A stretch of DNA of 64,000 nt, taken from assembly GCF_009914755.1 (NCBI RefSeq), contig NC_060929.1. The stretch is one strand, 5' to 3'. This document shows, piece by piece, positions 33,763 through 53,178 of the stretch (position 1 is the stretch's first letter; each line of letters begins with the position of its first letter). The notes under the pieces were generated by a model that was not told the origin of the DNA, searched no databases, and was given only the letters and a program-made list of their open reading frames with translations. A program made the position numbers and the translations under genes. The DNA is from the human T2T-CHM13v2.0 reference genome, Homo sapiens.

Positions 33763-35342
33763 AAAGAAATGGTCTAGAAAGGAGGCTCTCACCCCTGTCT
33801 TTACAGCAGAATCAGACAGTACCCAGGCACCAATCCAGCTGTGCAGAAGTGGAATGACAGGAGCTGGATCTTAGCAGCCCCCCCAGGATTCTGGGGTGCA
33901 GTGGGGTGGCAGGGCACTCCTGCACTGAGCCAGTGCTCCAGAGGGTGAGGTCAGGGCCTTCTGGGTGGTTACCAAAAACACAAGGGTGCCTTCCCCACCT
34001 CTTGTCTGTGGATTCATCAATTCGGTGATTCTCAAACCTGGTCTGCCTCCAAAACAACCTTGCATTAGCTCCGAACAAAGGAAGGAAGGAAGGGAGAAGG
34101 GAGAGAGAGAGAAGGAAAAGAAAGGAGAGAGGGAGGACGGGAAGGCAGAAGGAAGAAGGCAGGCAGGCAGGAAGGAAGGAAAGAAGGAAATCATATAAAT
34201 TTTCTGTCAAGGAAACAACGCATTGCTCCTGAGTAATCTACTACAAAATGCTGGTATATACACCTCTGTGGCTATGATTTATTCCAATAATTAATGCTCA
34301 CTGCAATTCAAGTATTTGTTTTGAAACTGTTTAGTTGAAAGACCAGTCATTTTAAAAGATACCATTTAAAAATTATTTTAGAAGTTCCCACAGAAGTATA
34401 CATAACAAAACTGGCTTGCTAAGTAAATATCGCCTGAAATTTACACTTCGTAAAAAAAAAAAAAAAAAAAAAAATCCTTTATCAGCATGACTCAGAAACT
34501 CTGCAACGCCACCACAGATACTCCAATAAAATACCACAGCATCCTAGTCCAAGACATCCAAGACCTATGCAAAGACGTACGCCCTACTGGTGTTTGAAAC
34601 AAGCATCCCTAGATGAACCCACGTAAAAATCTGTGTTGAAGCGCATACCTTGGCTTTTCAAAGGGCAATAAATCTTCCTTGCAGACTTCTACAGAATGCA
34701 GATGTGCTGCTCTCTCTCACCAACACCAGCAAACTGGAAGGCCTCCTGAGTCCCACGGTCTAAACTCTTTGTTCTCTGTGCAAATGCCACAGAGGTTTGT
34801 CAACAGACAATGAAAATCTAGTGCAACATCCACTTATCTCCACGGCCTCCATTTACAGGCTACCCTGACAGCTCTCCCTGCGGGTGTGCCGTCATGGGCT
34901 ACAAGATCTAGCGTGATTGTAGGGGGGCAGAGCCAAAAGGGTTGAAACCCCTCCAAGAGGTTTGTTTAAAATGCAAGAGTATCCTAGAAAAAGTAGCAAC
35001 AGCAAACAATGCCTAAGTGGCTAGCAGAATTCAGAACCATTCTCGCCAACCAACTGCTTTTGAGCATTTCAAGAGTGTTACTCAAACTCTGCGGACCCTA
35101 ATCATCTCAAGAACCCCTTGAACTCTTTTGTTCTAAGAAAGAGCTGGTCTGCAGGCCTGCGTGCCCTCTTGCTGTCATCAACCCCAGGCTGGGAGATAAG
35201 CACTGCTGGCAGGTAGGAGGGTCCCAGCAGCTGGACCAAGTATGGACAGTTCTACTTGGGGAAAAGCAGCGAGAATGACCACAAGCAGCTCACAGGGCCC
35301 CAGGGATAAAGCTTTCGGGAGCCCCCAGGTCAGCGTCTTTCA

Positions 35343-35982
<640 letters not shown>

Positions 35983-36023
35983 GATGCTAAAATCTAGAGA
36001 TGTAATTCAGTAGGCAAAAGTAC

Positions 36024-36414
<391 letters not shown>

Positions 36415-36500
36415 TCATCCTAATCTACTTTACTTCAACATTCACCTGAGGAGACAAGCAGAAAAATATTTTTCCCTACTTCTGAAATAATAAAAGAATG

Positions 36501-37281
<781 letters not shown>

Positions 37282-37739
37282 TCAACAGCAATGTTTTCTA
37301 AATTCTTGAACACTGAATTGCACAGGTCGGTTCCTTATTTAAGTTATTGGTCGTTCAGAGTTAAGACAAATAAAACTAGACAATTAATTATATGCCAAAT
37401 AGCAGAAAAATATGTGCTTTCACCTAAAAACTGCCCTCTCTGCCTCCCAACCATGCTCAGATAATTTCAACATGATCATGGAAAGAGAGGAGTTTTGCAG
37501 ATGTAGAAACAGCGGTCTAAGGCAAATGTGTTTTTAATTAGAGTTTGCAGGGGCTACAGGTTAGACACTGTAGTGTGCCTGAACAGAGAAAAAAACTACC
37601 CTGGAACCTAGAATGTGACAGGTCTGAAGACTGACTGCAGAAAAACGTGTAAATTCCCACCACCTCCCAGCAGGGAGGTGAGCAGCTTTCAAGAGGCAAA
37701 TTAGCTTTTCAAAAGACGGGGGACCGATCCATCCGGTGA

Positions 37740-38177
<438 letters not shown>

Positions 38178-39027
38178 CCTTGCTTAAAATCTTTTTTATT
38201 CTAACAAAATCCCTCCGGAGCAGCCTGTAGACTGTGCATGATCTGGCTCCTGCCTGCCCCTCCAGCGTTGTCTCAGCCCCCCTCTCCTGAGACTCTTCTC
38301 AGCTCCCACCCAGGCTGAGCTCATTCTCACCCCAGCCTGTTGCTTTGCCAACAACACCAATGCATCCTCTGGCTTCGGCATTCACATACATTACCTCCTC
38401 TCAGAGGCCCTCGCTGGCCTGCTGGGCGCCCCTCCTCCGTCAGTCAGCTTGCTGCATGTACCTTTGTCCCCAGGTGCCAGCCCTCCCTGCCAGACCACCC
38501 GTGCTGGTTCTACTCTCCATCCCAGCACACAAGGTGGTGCCCAGCAAAGAAGGCAGGAAGGAGGATTTCCAACAACCCAAGAACCTGGTGAACTTCAGTA
38601 TAAACTCCACCCATCTGGAAACTTTGCCAGAAGAGCGTATTTGTCTCTTACCAGCCCTGCCCTATTAACAATGACCTTCACCTTTCGCGTCCAACTCACT
38701 TCCCCAAGCTTACCTCTACGGCATTTAAATAGGTGAGAAGACTCCTTTTACAGATTCTACAGTTCCCATTTATAGAAACCAATAATAAAGGTGATACCCA
38801 CACCCTAAAAATACATCAAAATCCTAAATTACCTACTGACACCCGCCATCTTTTAGACTTCCCTACAATGAGTACCAGGCACCTGATTCACTCACAGCCT
38901 TGCCCTCTGTGCTACCCCAGTGCAGAGCGGCCTGTCGTTTTCTAGATGCAGAGAGGGCAATAGGAATTCCCATTCCCACCCCTAACTGCTTGGTTCCCTG
39001 GCACGTTCTAGAGCCAGACCATCATGA

Positions 39028-39948
<921 letters not shown>

Positions 39949-40273
39949 CCATCTTTTAAGTAAATTCATTTCACCTGGAGAACAACCACCATCAAAAATT
40001 TCAAATGCATTTATTCATGCTACAAATATTTATTTAGCCCTCGTGGCTGACAAGGCACAGTGCCAGGCCCAGAAGGACATGGAATTCAATGGCAAGGACA
40101 TGGGCTTCTGAATCCAGACCAGGCTCTGATCTCCCAATGCCTCGTAACCTTGGAGAATAATCCTAACAGCTGACACATTGACCATGTGCAGGCCTCTGTC
40201 CTAAACGCTTCACACGCACTAACTTGCTTAATTCTTAAAACACCCTGTGAGTGAGTAACTAATAACACTCCCT

Positions 40274-40574
40274 ACCAGGCGCGATGGCTCACGCCTGTAA
40301 TCCCAGCACTTGGGAGGCCAAGGCGGGCGGATCATGAGGTCAGGAGTTGAAGACCAGCCTGACCAACATGGTGAAACCCTGTCTCTACTAAAAATACATA
40401 AATTAGCTGGGCGTGGTAGCGCATGCCTGTAATCCTAGCAACTCGGGAGGCTGAGGCAGGAGAATCACTTGAACCTGGGAGGCGGAGGTTGCATGCAGCG
40501 AGCTGAGATCGTGCCATTGCACTCCAGCCTGGCGACAGAGCAAGACTCCATTTCAAAAATAATAATAATAATAA
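40274..40574 (+). mobile_element. AluSg-like inserted in a MIR (MIR pieces ~40170-40270 and 40575-40670)
   Basis: Alu consensus; the MIR core cccatcttacagacatgggaaac resumes after the tail. Confidence 0.85.
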
Positions 40575-41047
40575 TGCTCCCATCTTACAGACATGGGAAA
40601 CGAGGCATGGAGCAGATAAAGAACTTGCCCACGGTCCCAGAGCTAACAGGTGGTAAACGGGTTCAGTTTTTCTCCTCTTTTTGAAATAGCTTTACTGATT
40701 GGCTTTCATAAGCCACTTTCCTATTAATATTTTACAAATGCAGATAATAAGCATCAGTCCACAAAGCAGCTAAGAGGTTAAATAAGGGAACAAATATTAG
40801 AAAATAGTCCAGCCTAGCACCTGGCATAGAGAACTGCTCAACAGCCTGAAAAAGGAATAGAAGCCAGCCTGCTCTCAAACAGTTTAATCAGAGAAAAACC
40901 TTGTAAATAACAGAAAGTGGCCATAATAAAGTGCAGAGAGGAATGACATAAGAAGTGCACATAAAATACAAAGGGAGATTATGGGCTTAGATGGGAGTGA
41001 GGACCTGCGTTCCATGAGCTGAAGTATTTGAAAATGACAGGCTGGGT

Positions 41048-42135
41048 TGTGGGGTATTGTGAAATACAGATTTGGTCAGCGTCATTGTCCTCTGACATCC
41101 AACTCTAAGATCCTTGCAATCTTCAAAGTGTAAGTGTCTTGTATGCCATGAGTTGACTGGTGGCTGGTAGCCCCTAGGTGGTTTCAGGATGGGGGCTGCT
41201 CACAGGAAAGACCAAGGCAGGGAAAGGAAAGGGGCTGAAGGTTGACCAGTAACCAGTGAAAGAATCAGTCATGGTTGCGTCATAAAGCTTCTATAAAAAC
41301 CCAAAAGGACAGAGCTTCCGGACAGCTGGACACATGGGGGTTTCTGGAGGGTGGCACACCTAGGGAGAGCACAGAAGCTCCCAGACCCTTCCCACACACC
41401 TAGCCCTATGCGCCTCTTCATCTAGTAGTCTGGGTAACCTTTGTGATATCCTTTACCACTAGCCAGTAAACGTAAGCCAGTGTTCCCTTGAGTTCTGTGA
41501 GCTGCTCCAGCAAATTAACTGAAACCCAGGAGAAGATCAAGGGAACCCTGATGTACAGGCTGCTGATCAGAAGCACAGGTGCAGCAACCTGAGGCTTGTG
41601 ACTATCATCAAAAATGGGGAGCAGACTTACAGGACTGAGCCCTCAACCTGTGGGGTCTGACGCCGGGTAGACAGTGTCAGAACTGAACTGAATGAGGGGA
41701 CGCCCAGCTGGTGTCTGCTGCAGAACTGATTGCTTGCCTGGTGTCTGGGGAACCCCTCACCCCACAACATCTGGTGTCAGCAGTGTGTTGTGAGGCTGGG
41801 CGCGGTGGCTCACGCCTGTAATCCCAGCACTTTGGGAGGCCGAGGCGGGCAGATCAAGAAGTCAGGAGATCGAGACCATCCTGGCTAACACGGTGAAACC
41901 CCGTCTCTACTAAAAATTCAAAAAATTAGCCGGGCGTGGTAGCGGGCACCTGCAGTCCCAGCTACTCGGGAGCCTGAGGCAAGAGAATGGCGTGAACCCA
42001 GGAGGCGGAGCTTGCAGTGAGCCGAGATCACACCACTGCACTCCAGGCTGGGCGACAGAGCAAGACTCCATCTCAAAAAAAAAGAAGTGTGTTGTGAAAG
42101 TTTAGTAGAAGAAACTCAGTTTACTTATTCCTCTA
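41048..42135 (+). mobile_element. MER21-family ERV solo LTR split by an AluY
   Basis: gagttgactggtggctggtagcccctaggtggtttcaggatggggg, ctataaaaacccaaaaggac, gagttctgtgagctgctccagcaaatta. Confidence 0.75.
41794..42083 (+). mobile_element. AluY
   Basis: CpG-rich Y diagnostics; TSD ag(c/a)agtgtgttgtga. Confidence 0.94.
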
Positions 42136-43454
42136 CCTCCTCAGAGCTCAGATTGCTGAGTTTAATACTGGGACTAAATCACCCAAAGCACAAACTATAT
42201 CAGAACAACCCAGTGCCTCTACTCAGTGAGTCTTGCATATGTAACACACCGAACATCAGGCAGCAAATCTCGCTTGATGCGGAGGGCACGCTGCATCCCT
42301 TGTTCTAGAGATGGTATGGCGAACTGTAAGCTACCCAGCACACAGGTGGCTTCCCAAGCTTCTGAAGGAAAGCACCTCCAAGAATGGACTCGGTATTCCA
42401 CAAAGACTCAACCTCCCATCCTTGTCTGGGCTCATTCAGCAAAGCTCACTGTTACTAATATCTTCGGAGGACAACAATCTCCCTCACCGACCTTGAGCCC
42501 TTACTGTGTCTGAGTGTGCCCTTACACCCAGAGTCCACTGCTCTCAACAGAAGAGAGGGCAGGGGGACAGCTGGAGGGAAGGAGCAACAAAAGGAATATT
42601 CTCCCAACCCTAAGGCTAGTAGGTCTCCCTGCAATCAGAGCCACCTCCCTGACACTCACCCTCCCGTCCTGCAGGAACAGCCACCAGCCAGCCAGCCAGC
42701 CAGGGCAATGAGTCCATCTCAGACCTCCACTGACCGATGAGTGCTGCAAAACAAGAAAGTTCCATTCCAGAGTCTGCCAAAGAAAAAGATGGGTACCTTG
42801 GATGCAACTCACTTCCAAATACATGTTGTGGCTCTCAACGACCCAGTGACACCAAGCGATCTTCTTTTGTTTGCTTTAACAAATAAATTCCCTGCCACCA
42901 GTAAAAGTAAGAAATTTAACTCCTGATTGCAAAGATCAGGAGTGGGTGGGTAGCGTCTTCACACATGAACAATGTGTGTGTCAAGGGTGAGAACTTAAGG
43001 AGTTAGAGCAGCTTGTTAACAAGGTGACATCTGAGTAGGGACAACCACTCAGTAATTGCTAAGTCCAATTTCCTGTTCCCTATCTTCCATGGCAAGTTGA
43101 AAAAAAGAAAAAGAGAAAGAAAAGCACTCATAGATTAGAATGGATACATCCTCAACTGCAACACCTGTCAAATGCAACAGAGATTTCTTACACTTGGCAT
43201 TTCCACAAAAAAAGTGACAACAGTGTCACACATACCCCATATCCCTTAACAGGCCTTGAAGGCAACTCCTGCCTGGCAGGACGGCTGCTATCCCAGTCCC
43301 CATGCCACTGGCAGACTTTAGGGTGCACCTGGTAGGTGCCAGGGGTAGGGTCCAGAATGGACCCCCCCATTCCTCAACACCACACCCTGGAATGAGGAGC
43401 CAATGGGGCGCTCCTAGGATGAAAAGAATTTGAGTCCTTCAGCTCGAGGGTCTA

Positions 43455-43652
43455 AAGCACTTTTCTCAGCAGCAACACCACTGACACTTGGGGCTGCATA
43501 ACCATATCCTGAGGACGGTAGGAAGTTTAGCACCATTCCTGGCTTCTACTCCCTAGATAACCCTGCCCCTAGGTGTCACAAGCAAAAATAGCTCTAAATA
43601 TTGCCAAATGTCCCCTGGAGGCAAAATCGCACTGTTGAGAAACCACCACTCT
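43455..43652 (-). mobile_element. MER20
   Basis: aatattgccaaatgtcccctggaggcaaaatcgc...gttgagaaacc. Confidence 0.75.
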
Positions 43653-43975
43653 AGAGAGAAGAGAGCTACTGCTTCTTCAGGCCCAGGAACATCCCACCTG
43701 GAAACAACTTTAAATCATTAACTACCAAGGGCTGGATGTCAGAAGCCAGCATGGCCAAAACCACTTTAGCATCATCATCTCTCCAACTTCCTCCTTCTCT
43801 ATGCCTATCTCGAAGGTCACTGCAATCACTAGGTTGGCCAAAAAGGACAGTCTCAACACTTTCATCCCCCACATCCAAGAAGTGCCAGAAGTTACCCTTC
43901 TGCAGTAATGTCTCCTGACCCATCCCCTTGCCTCTCAAGCCCCTTGGCTAATGTGGAGAAGAAAGAAAAGTATCT

Positions 43976-44348
<373 letters not shown>

Positions 44349-45096
44349 TTATATCCTGTTTCTTTACTTGCCTCTTTGTTAACTTTTATTTATTAAATGT
44401 TGGAGCCAGGATTCAAAACTGAAGTAATTCCAGGGCACATGCTCTTGTAATTATACTACACTGCCTCTCAAATGGGAGGCAGAGAATGAGCCAACAAAGG
44501 AAACCAAAAATAATGGTTTCAGCACAACAGACTCAGAAGACCCAAGGAGAAGGCATCCAACACTATGGAAAAGACTAAAAGTCCCCACTGATCACCAAGT
44601 CTGCTGATCAACAGGTCACGGGAGATTGCATTTCCCTTTAGAGTGATTTATTGAAAAAAAGAAAAAAAAGGTTACACAAAAGGACAATTTCATCCATCCT
44701 GAAATGAGCCCGGGCACTAACAATGTCCGAAAGGATTATGCAGACAATATTAAAAAATATTTTTCATTACAGGATTTACATAAGGAGACATATGCTTCCT
44801 CTTTAAGAAACTACCCACAGAATACACAACTCACTGTGGGAAAAGGGCAAGCAAAGTGTATTTATGGTTTGGTTTTTAAATGTAACTATCATAGAAAACA
44901 TAAGAAATCTATGCTTTGGCATTTCCAGAGAGCAGCTGCTGAGAAGGCAATGAGGGTGGGTAAAGGATACATTCACATGGTTTCCTTTTTCTGAGCTTTC
45001 AACTTTACTGGAAAATGTAATATAAAAATTTATCTTTACCTCTCTTTTATTAAAAAAGCAAAACATTTGATGATCACTTAAAACTAAGGCAAACAT

Positions 45097-45693
<597 letters not shown>

Positions 45694-46161
45694 TTAGGTA
45701 AACCAATTAAAAACAGAGGTACAAAGTGGAGCCTTTGGGAAATATGCCATGACACTAATAAAAACAGATCCAATCCAATCTCTTTAAATATGGGCCTTCT
45801 TGCCAATAGAAATCAACATAAATATTGAAACATACACATTATATATAGATAGATATAGATATGATAAGTATATAACCATATTTGTTACAATGCATTTTAC
45901 ACACATTTACTCATATAAAACAGAGCCAACACTGGAATATCGGAATGTACTGATGCATGCTACAACATAGATGAATCTTGAAGACATTATGCCCAGTGAA
46001 AGCAGCCAAACACAAAAGGTCACCTATTGTGTGACTACATTTACATGAAATATCCAGAACAGATAATTCCATAGAGACAGAAAGCAACTTGGAGGTTGTC
46101 AGGGGCTGGGAAGAAGGGAGAATAAGGAGTGACTGCTGAACAGGTGCTATGTCTTGGACAT

Positions 46162-46839
46162 TGTATTAGTCCATTTTCATACTGCTATGAAGAAATACCT
46201 GAGACTGGGTAATTTATAAAGAAAAAGAGGTTTAATGGACTCACAGATCCACATGGGTGGAGAGGCCTCACAATCACGGCAGAAGGTGAAGGAGGTGCAA
46301 AGGGCATGTCTTACATGGTGGCAGGTAAGAGGGCATGTCCAGGGGAACTGCCCTTTATAAAACCATCAAATTGGCCAGGTGCGGTGGCTCACGCCCGTAA
46401 TCCCAGAACTTTGGGAGGCCGAGGTGGGCGGATCACGAGGTCAGGAGTTCGAGACCAGCCTGACCACATGGTGAAACCTTGCCTCTACTAAAAATACAAA
46501 AAATTAGCCAGCTGTGGTGGTGCACGCCTGTAATCCCAGAAATCAGGAGGCTGAGGCAGCAGAATCGCTTGAACCCAGGAGACGGAAGTTGCAGTGAGCT
46601 GAGATCACACCACTGCACTCCAGCCCAGCCAACAGAGCGAAACTCCAACTCAAAAAAAAAAAAAAAAAACCATCAGACCTTGTGAGACTTATTTACCATC
46701 ACTATTGCGAGAATAGCACAGAAAAACCCTGCCCCCGTGATTCAATTACCTTCCACTGGGTCCCTCCAACGACACATGGGGATTATGGGAGCTACAATTC
46801 AAGATGAGATTTGGGTTGGGACACAGCCAAACCACATCA
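46162..46839 (-). mobile_element. THE1 (B/C-like) solo LTR inserted in MSTB
   Basis: tgtattagtcc ... gccaaaccacatca; 5-bp TSD gacat. Confidence 0.88.
46373..46669 (+). mobile_element. AluSg-like inserted in the THE1 LTR
   Basis: TSD aaaaccatca(a/g)a. Confidence 0.92.
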
Positions 46840-47489
46840 GACATGATTTGTTTAGCCCTACCAAGTCGCATGTTGACATCTGATCCCCAGTGATGGAGGC
46901 GGGCCTGGTGGGAAGTGTTCATGATCGTGGGGGCAGATCCCTCATGAATAGCTTGCAGGAACTCATTCTTACAGGGAAGAGTGAATTCTCACTCTTAGTT
47001 CCTATGAGAACTGGTTGTTGAAAAGAGCCTGGCACTCTCCCCTCTCTATTGCTTCCTCTCTCACCGTGTGATCTGCATACGGAGACTCCTCTTTGGCTTT
47101 TGCTCTGAGTGGAAGCTTCCTGAGGCCTCACCAGAAGCAGATACTGGTGCCATGCTTCTTATACAGCCGCAGAACCATGAGCCAAATAAACTTCTTTTTC
47201 TTATAAATTACTCAGCCTCAGGTATTCCTTTATAGCAACAAAAATGGACTAAGATAACAGGTATGGGTTTTATTTAGGGGTATTGAAATTGTTCTGAAAC
47301 TAGAGGTGATAGTTTCACAACAATGTAGATGCACTGGCTGCTACTGAATTGTACATTTAGAAAAGGTTAATTTTGTTATATGAATCTCACCTTAAAAAAT
47401 AAAATTTTTAAAAATCAGAGCTGAAAATCCTGAAACAATCCAGTTTGTCTTTGTTTTTGTTTCTTTTTTCCCTGTTTACATCCAGGAAA

Positions 47490-47990
47490 TTTGAGTTGAG
47501 TCCAGAAAGACTGACTTGCCCAAGTTTGCACAGCTGACAAATGACCAGGTCAGAGATCCACCCAGGTCTTCTGCCCTTTATTCCATAGTGTGACATCTAT
47601 AAAATGGGAATCATAATTTGTTCTTCATAGAGTTGGAAGGACCACGTGAAAATGATGTGAAAATACCTATAACAATGTCCTACACTAAAGGGGCTCTCAG
47701 ATATTTTATTATAATTAGTAAAAACTAGTAATAGAAACTAAACTACCTAATGCTTTTTCAGTGCTCACTAGGCATCCATCACTCCTCTAAGCATTTTTAA
47801 TGCATTCACCATTTCATTCCCTAGCGACCCTGCGGGATGGGTACAGTTAAGATTAAACCCATATTACAAAAGGGAGCCTGAGGCACAGCATGGGGGTGTG
47901 GCTTCCCCAAGGTCATATCCCCAGCAAGCATCAGAGCAGTGTTCAAACCCAGATACTGTGTTTCTAGAACCTTCCCATTTATGCTACACT
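47490..47990. mobile_element. Cluster of MIR fragments
   Basis: gacttgcccaagtttgcacagct; catctataaaatgggaatcataat; cccatattacaaaagggagcctgaggcacag. Confidence 0.6.
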
Positions 47991-48510
47991 CTGTCTGAGG
48001 TAGTCTATGGGGAAAGGGACTCAGTCATTAAACAAATGCCAGGTTTTATGAACAAGTATCTTAGTATGACATCTAGTCCTCCAAACCTCACAGCTCTTAA
48101 ATAAAAAAAAAGACATTAAGTAAACGTTTAAAATAGAAAAATAAAAGCTTTTCTCCCCTTCAAGAGACAAGATTATCCAATTTCTACCCCTGCATGATCC
48201 ATAAAGAATGGGCCAGGCCAAGAGGATCACTTGAGGCCAGGAGTGTGAGACCAGCCTGGGCAACATGGCAATACTCCATCTCTAAAACAAAATTTAACTT
48301 AATTTAAAAAGACTAACAGAGATCTATGAGGATCCATTCAGAAAATACATAAATCTAACCTAGATACCACCCTCTCAAAACTACTTCACAATAAATATTT
48401 TTTGGAAGCAAGCTAAAACTAACCTAAACCAACCCAAAGGAAAACATAAGCCATTCCATTCCCTTCCTTTGCTCCAAAGTTACACAGCAGCACTTCTTCA
48501 CCATCTAAAA

Positions 48511-49426
<916 letters not shown>

Positions 49427-49948
49427 TCACAGAAATCTAGGTTTCTGATCTCTCTTTAACAACTAGAAGGCCTGGCAACACTGAGCCCTAATTCTTCCAG
49501 GTCAGTGAGCTCCGGTGAGCCACAGTCCCCACCACTCCCTATGGCACACGACCTAACTCAGTGCACGCACTTTCCTTACCTGAGGCCCCATATTTGTAGC
49601 CTTTGTACACCGTGCCTTACATAGTCTGGGTCTCAATACTGGTTTTGAAAAATGCATTATTTGGTACATAATGCCTCCATTCAGGGTAAGCTTTGGAAGG
49701 GAAGTTTCAGTTATTTAATGGGCTTGTCAAGCAGTGATTTTAATTAAACCTGGCTCTAATCAAAAGAAAAATGAGTATGTTTTTAGGCCAGCGTTGGATA
49801 TAATATATTGAATCATACCTTAATTCTGACCAAATGGCAGACTAAAACCCTTTTAAACAGTCTGTATTTCAGCCACCCAAGTGGGTTGAGTATTCTGTTT
49901 ATAGCTGCCAAGGGTACAACTTCCAGACTTCCTTCACCTACCACCCTG

Positions 49949-49975
49949 CACACACACACACACACACACACACAC
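49949..49975. repeat. (CA)n microsatellite
   Basis: Directly visible. Confidence 0.93.
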
Positions 49976-52759
49976 CATGGTACCTCCAAGATTGAATTTC
50001 AGCCTCCAGCAAGTCAGGCTTTTTCTCTTAGTTTGGGATGATTCCTAAGCTACAGGCATGCTTTCTGGCCACCTGCCAATTGAACACCAGAACGCAAGGA
50101 TATTGTTTATTCCCAAAAAAAAAAAAAAGCCAATTCTATCTTCCCTTTGGTTTTAGTAAAGTTCACCAAAAAAGGAGCTTACATTTCTCTCAGTGCCTCC
50201 CTTCTTTTGTGACTGACATCAAACACAAAAATAAACCATTTCTTTCTCCCCAGTTATAAAACAAACTCTTTTCTCACTTCCAAGATTAGGTTATAGAGGA
50301 AAAAAAAAATCATGCTTGGCATTTAAAGGTGCTAAAAACTCAAAGACAAAGATACAAGCCACTGTCAAAATTCTCTTAACACTCCTGTCAGGTCATTTTA
50401 AAAAATCAAATCTTGAGTAATAGTCAAGTCTCCTCTAGCAATAAAGCACAGAGATGCATAGTTGGTAATGCTAGAAGGAATCCAAGCCTTTAGGGTATGA
50501 ATTGCATATGAACATTTCAAACTACAATCTTCTGCTTCTCCTTGTATATACGTGTATGGCTGTCTAAAGCTCAAGACTGAATGATTAATTTTGGCTTTCA
50601 CCCTGGTATCGCAGAATTTCCTTCTTCTCAAGTTTGTGAATGAAGTCACTTTTGCAAAACTGCATCTGCCACTGTGGAGGTGGCCAGTGCCCAGAGTGCC
50701 AGGGAAGGCTGGCAGTGGAAGACAGGCTACTGACCCGCCTGCTTACAGAAACACAGCCAACCCCAGGCAGTGGACAAAGCAAGCGTAGGTGTGCAATGTG
50801 GGGTTTGGGTGTGGCTAGGAGCCTGCAACATCTTGAGTCAGAACAAGAGAGACAAGTGAGAACCAGGATACGTAAGTATGAGCTGAAGTTCAGAAATAAG
50901 GCCAGCAAAATTCTGAGCTCCAAGAACAACAGGCCAGGCAAAGACTAGACCACCATGTGGCAAGAGAGGGAGGAGGTTAGGATACAGTTGCTCGAGACAA
51001 AAAGACAAGAAGGAGAGGGAGCCAAGAGGCACCAGGAGGAGGAATGACCTGGATCACGTGGGATACTACACTCAGCCCCTTTTATGGGATTTCAGTTAAG
51101 ACAAGAAACAATACAACACAGCTAACCTGGGCTCCTCCCTGGAAACACACCTGAAGATACCAACTTCAGTGGTGGGGCAGGAAAAGCAAAGGAACATGAG
51201 CAAGTCTGTCCGATCCTGACCAAATGATAAAGACCTTAATGTTCCAGCATGGTACTGCAAGCTGGGCCAAGGGTTCAAGGTGGCATTTCTTCCTACAGTA
51301 CCTACGGGAAGCTGGGTAGAGACCAGGGTGTTTTATAGGAAGTGCGGGCGGCTTGGCTGAGTGCCCACTGCCAGAGCCAGCTCTGCCGATCCCAACAGCT
51401 GGCCATGCCGCCTTCCTTCGCTGCCATTCCACATGATTCCTGCCTGTGACAAACTTCCCAAGGACCTTCAGGAGCTTCTGCTGGAATACACTAAGAAGCC
51501 TGCAAGCCCATTCTTATAAGAACCTAACATGCATTATCAGTATCAGATAGCGGTCAGCAGAACAGATCAATATGCCCCATGACCTCACTGGGATCAGTGA
51601 TATCTGACAGAACCTACGTGGCCCACCTATGCCACTGTTAATTCTGCAGACCTGTTCTTTCTGCTGAGTCTACTACTTTTGTTTTGCCTATTTGTAAATA
51701 CTAATTTTTCTAGCCCCAGATATGTCTTTCCTACATTTAAGGGAGTCCTAGACAAAACATGCCTTCCACTGGGTACCCCAGACATGAAAATAACCTTGAG
51801 ATTTAATCACTGCCTAGTATGGGATCGTATCGCACTAGAAAAAGTCCAAATATTTTATAAGGTCACTGCCAGTCCTTGGAACCGGCAAGCCACCTGGCCG
51901 TGAGAGCAGTGATAAGCTCTTGAGACATCAACTTGTAAGAGAAGAAATGAACACACAAGCTCTGGGGGAGCCAAGAAACTTGGGATCCCATCTGGCTGTG
52001 GGACTTTGCAAGGGTGGAACTTTCGCAGCTGATTAGAAATTAATATTGTAATATACATACATCACAAGATTAAAAGTATAACCTTAAATAAACGGAAATT
52101 TCCCAGAAATGCCAAAGTCACCAGCAGCAAAGAAAAAGGCTCTGGATTCATGAACAAGCTCTTCAAAGCTGGGCAAGGGACTTACATCTTGGGGTGAAGA
52201 TTCTGTCTACAAAATGAAGAGGTGAGAATAGATGATCGCTAATGGCCAACTGCAAAATAATATTGATCACACAAATAAAATCCAACAACCAGGCCCTTTA
52301 CACTGAACTAAGGTATATAGTGCAAGACAAAAAGAGTACTTTCTGAAGTCAGAGTCCCACCAGGGAACACAACTGGGTTCCAAGCCATAGGTAGTTCATC
52401 TCTACATGAGATTAACAACAGTTCCTAAGATGCAGAGGATTCAATGAGATCCAGGATATCTGTATATAAATGGCTCAGCACAGCAAATGGCACCAAATAA
52501 GTTCCTCACAGATGTCCTCTATGATTATCGTTATTTTTAAGGGTTTATAGATAAATCTGAGGGACCCTCCAAGGTGCATCAGTCAATCAGTCGTACTTCC
52601 TTGGTGTCCTCCGCATCCCCCTCCACAGCATCATGGTCTCAGTAATGGCAGGGGATGGGAACCCTCCTAGCTACCAGTACAACCACAGCAATGGCAGGCC
52701 AATCAGAGGTCAAGTGGCAGAGGTGAAGGCACGCTGAATTCCATCAACAGTGGTCTTCA

Positions 52760-53106
<347 letters not shown>

Positions 53107-53178
53107 TCACCATACATTTCTTATCCTGAATCTGAATTAACAGAGCTGGTGAGTAAATATTCAAAGCATGTCGCTTAC

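Larger units (their letters stand above)
46145..47256 (+). mobile_element. MSTB-like MaLR solo LTR (46145-46161 plus 46840-47256)
   Basis: tgctat... start and ggactaagata end; 5-bp TSD acagg. Confidence 0.82.
45935..47405 (+). mobile_element. L1MB-like 3' end (45935-46144 and 47257-47405) hosting nested LTRs
   Basis: gatgaatcttgaagacattatgcccagtgaaagcagcc ... ggtatgggttttatttaggggtattgaaattgttctg. Confidence 0.8.

Noticed and set aside
34649-34688. Possible 40-nt cryptic minus-strand exon (ctgcattctgtag|...gccaag|gtatgc)
   Set aside because: Plausible splice motifs, but it is frame-shifting and has no other support. Such pairs arise by chance in long introns.
50650-51670. Possible ancient MLT1-type LTR fragments (also ~2470-2640 and ~49390-49600)
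   Set aside because: Too diverged to assign a family or boundaries by eye; needs a Dfam search.
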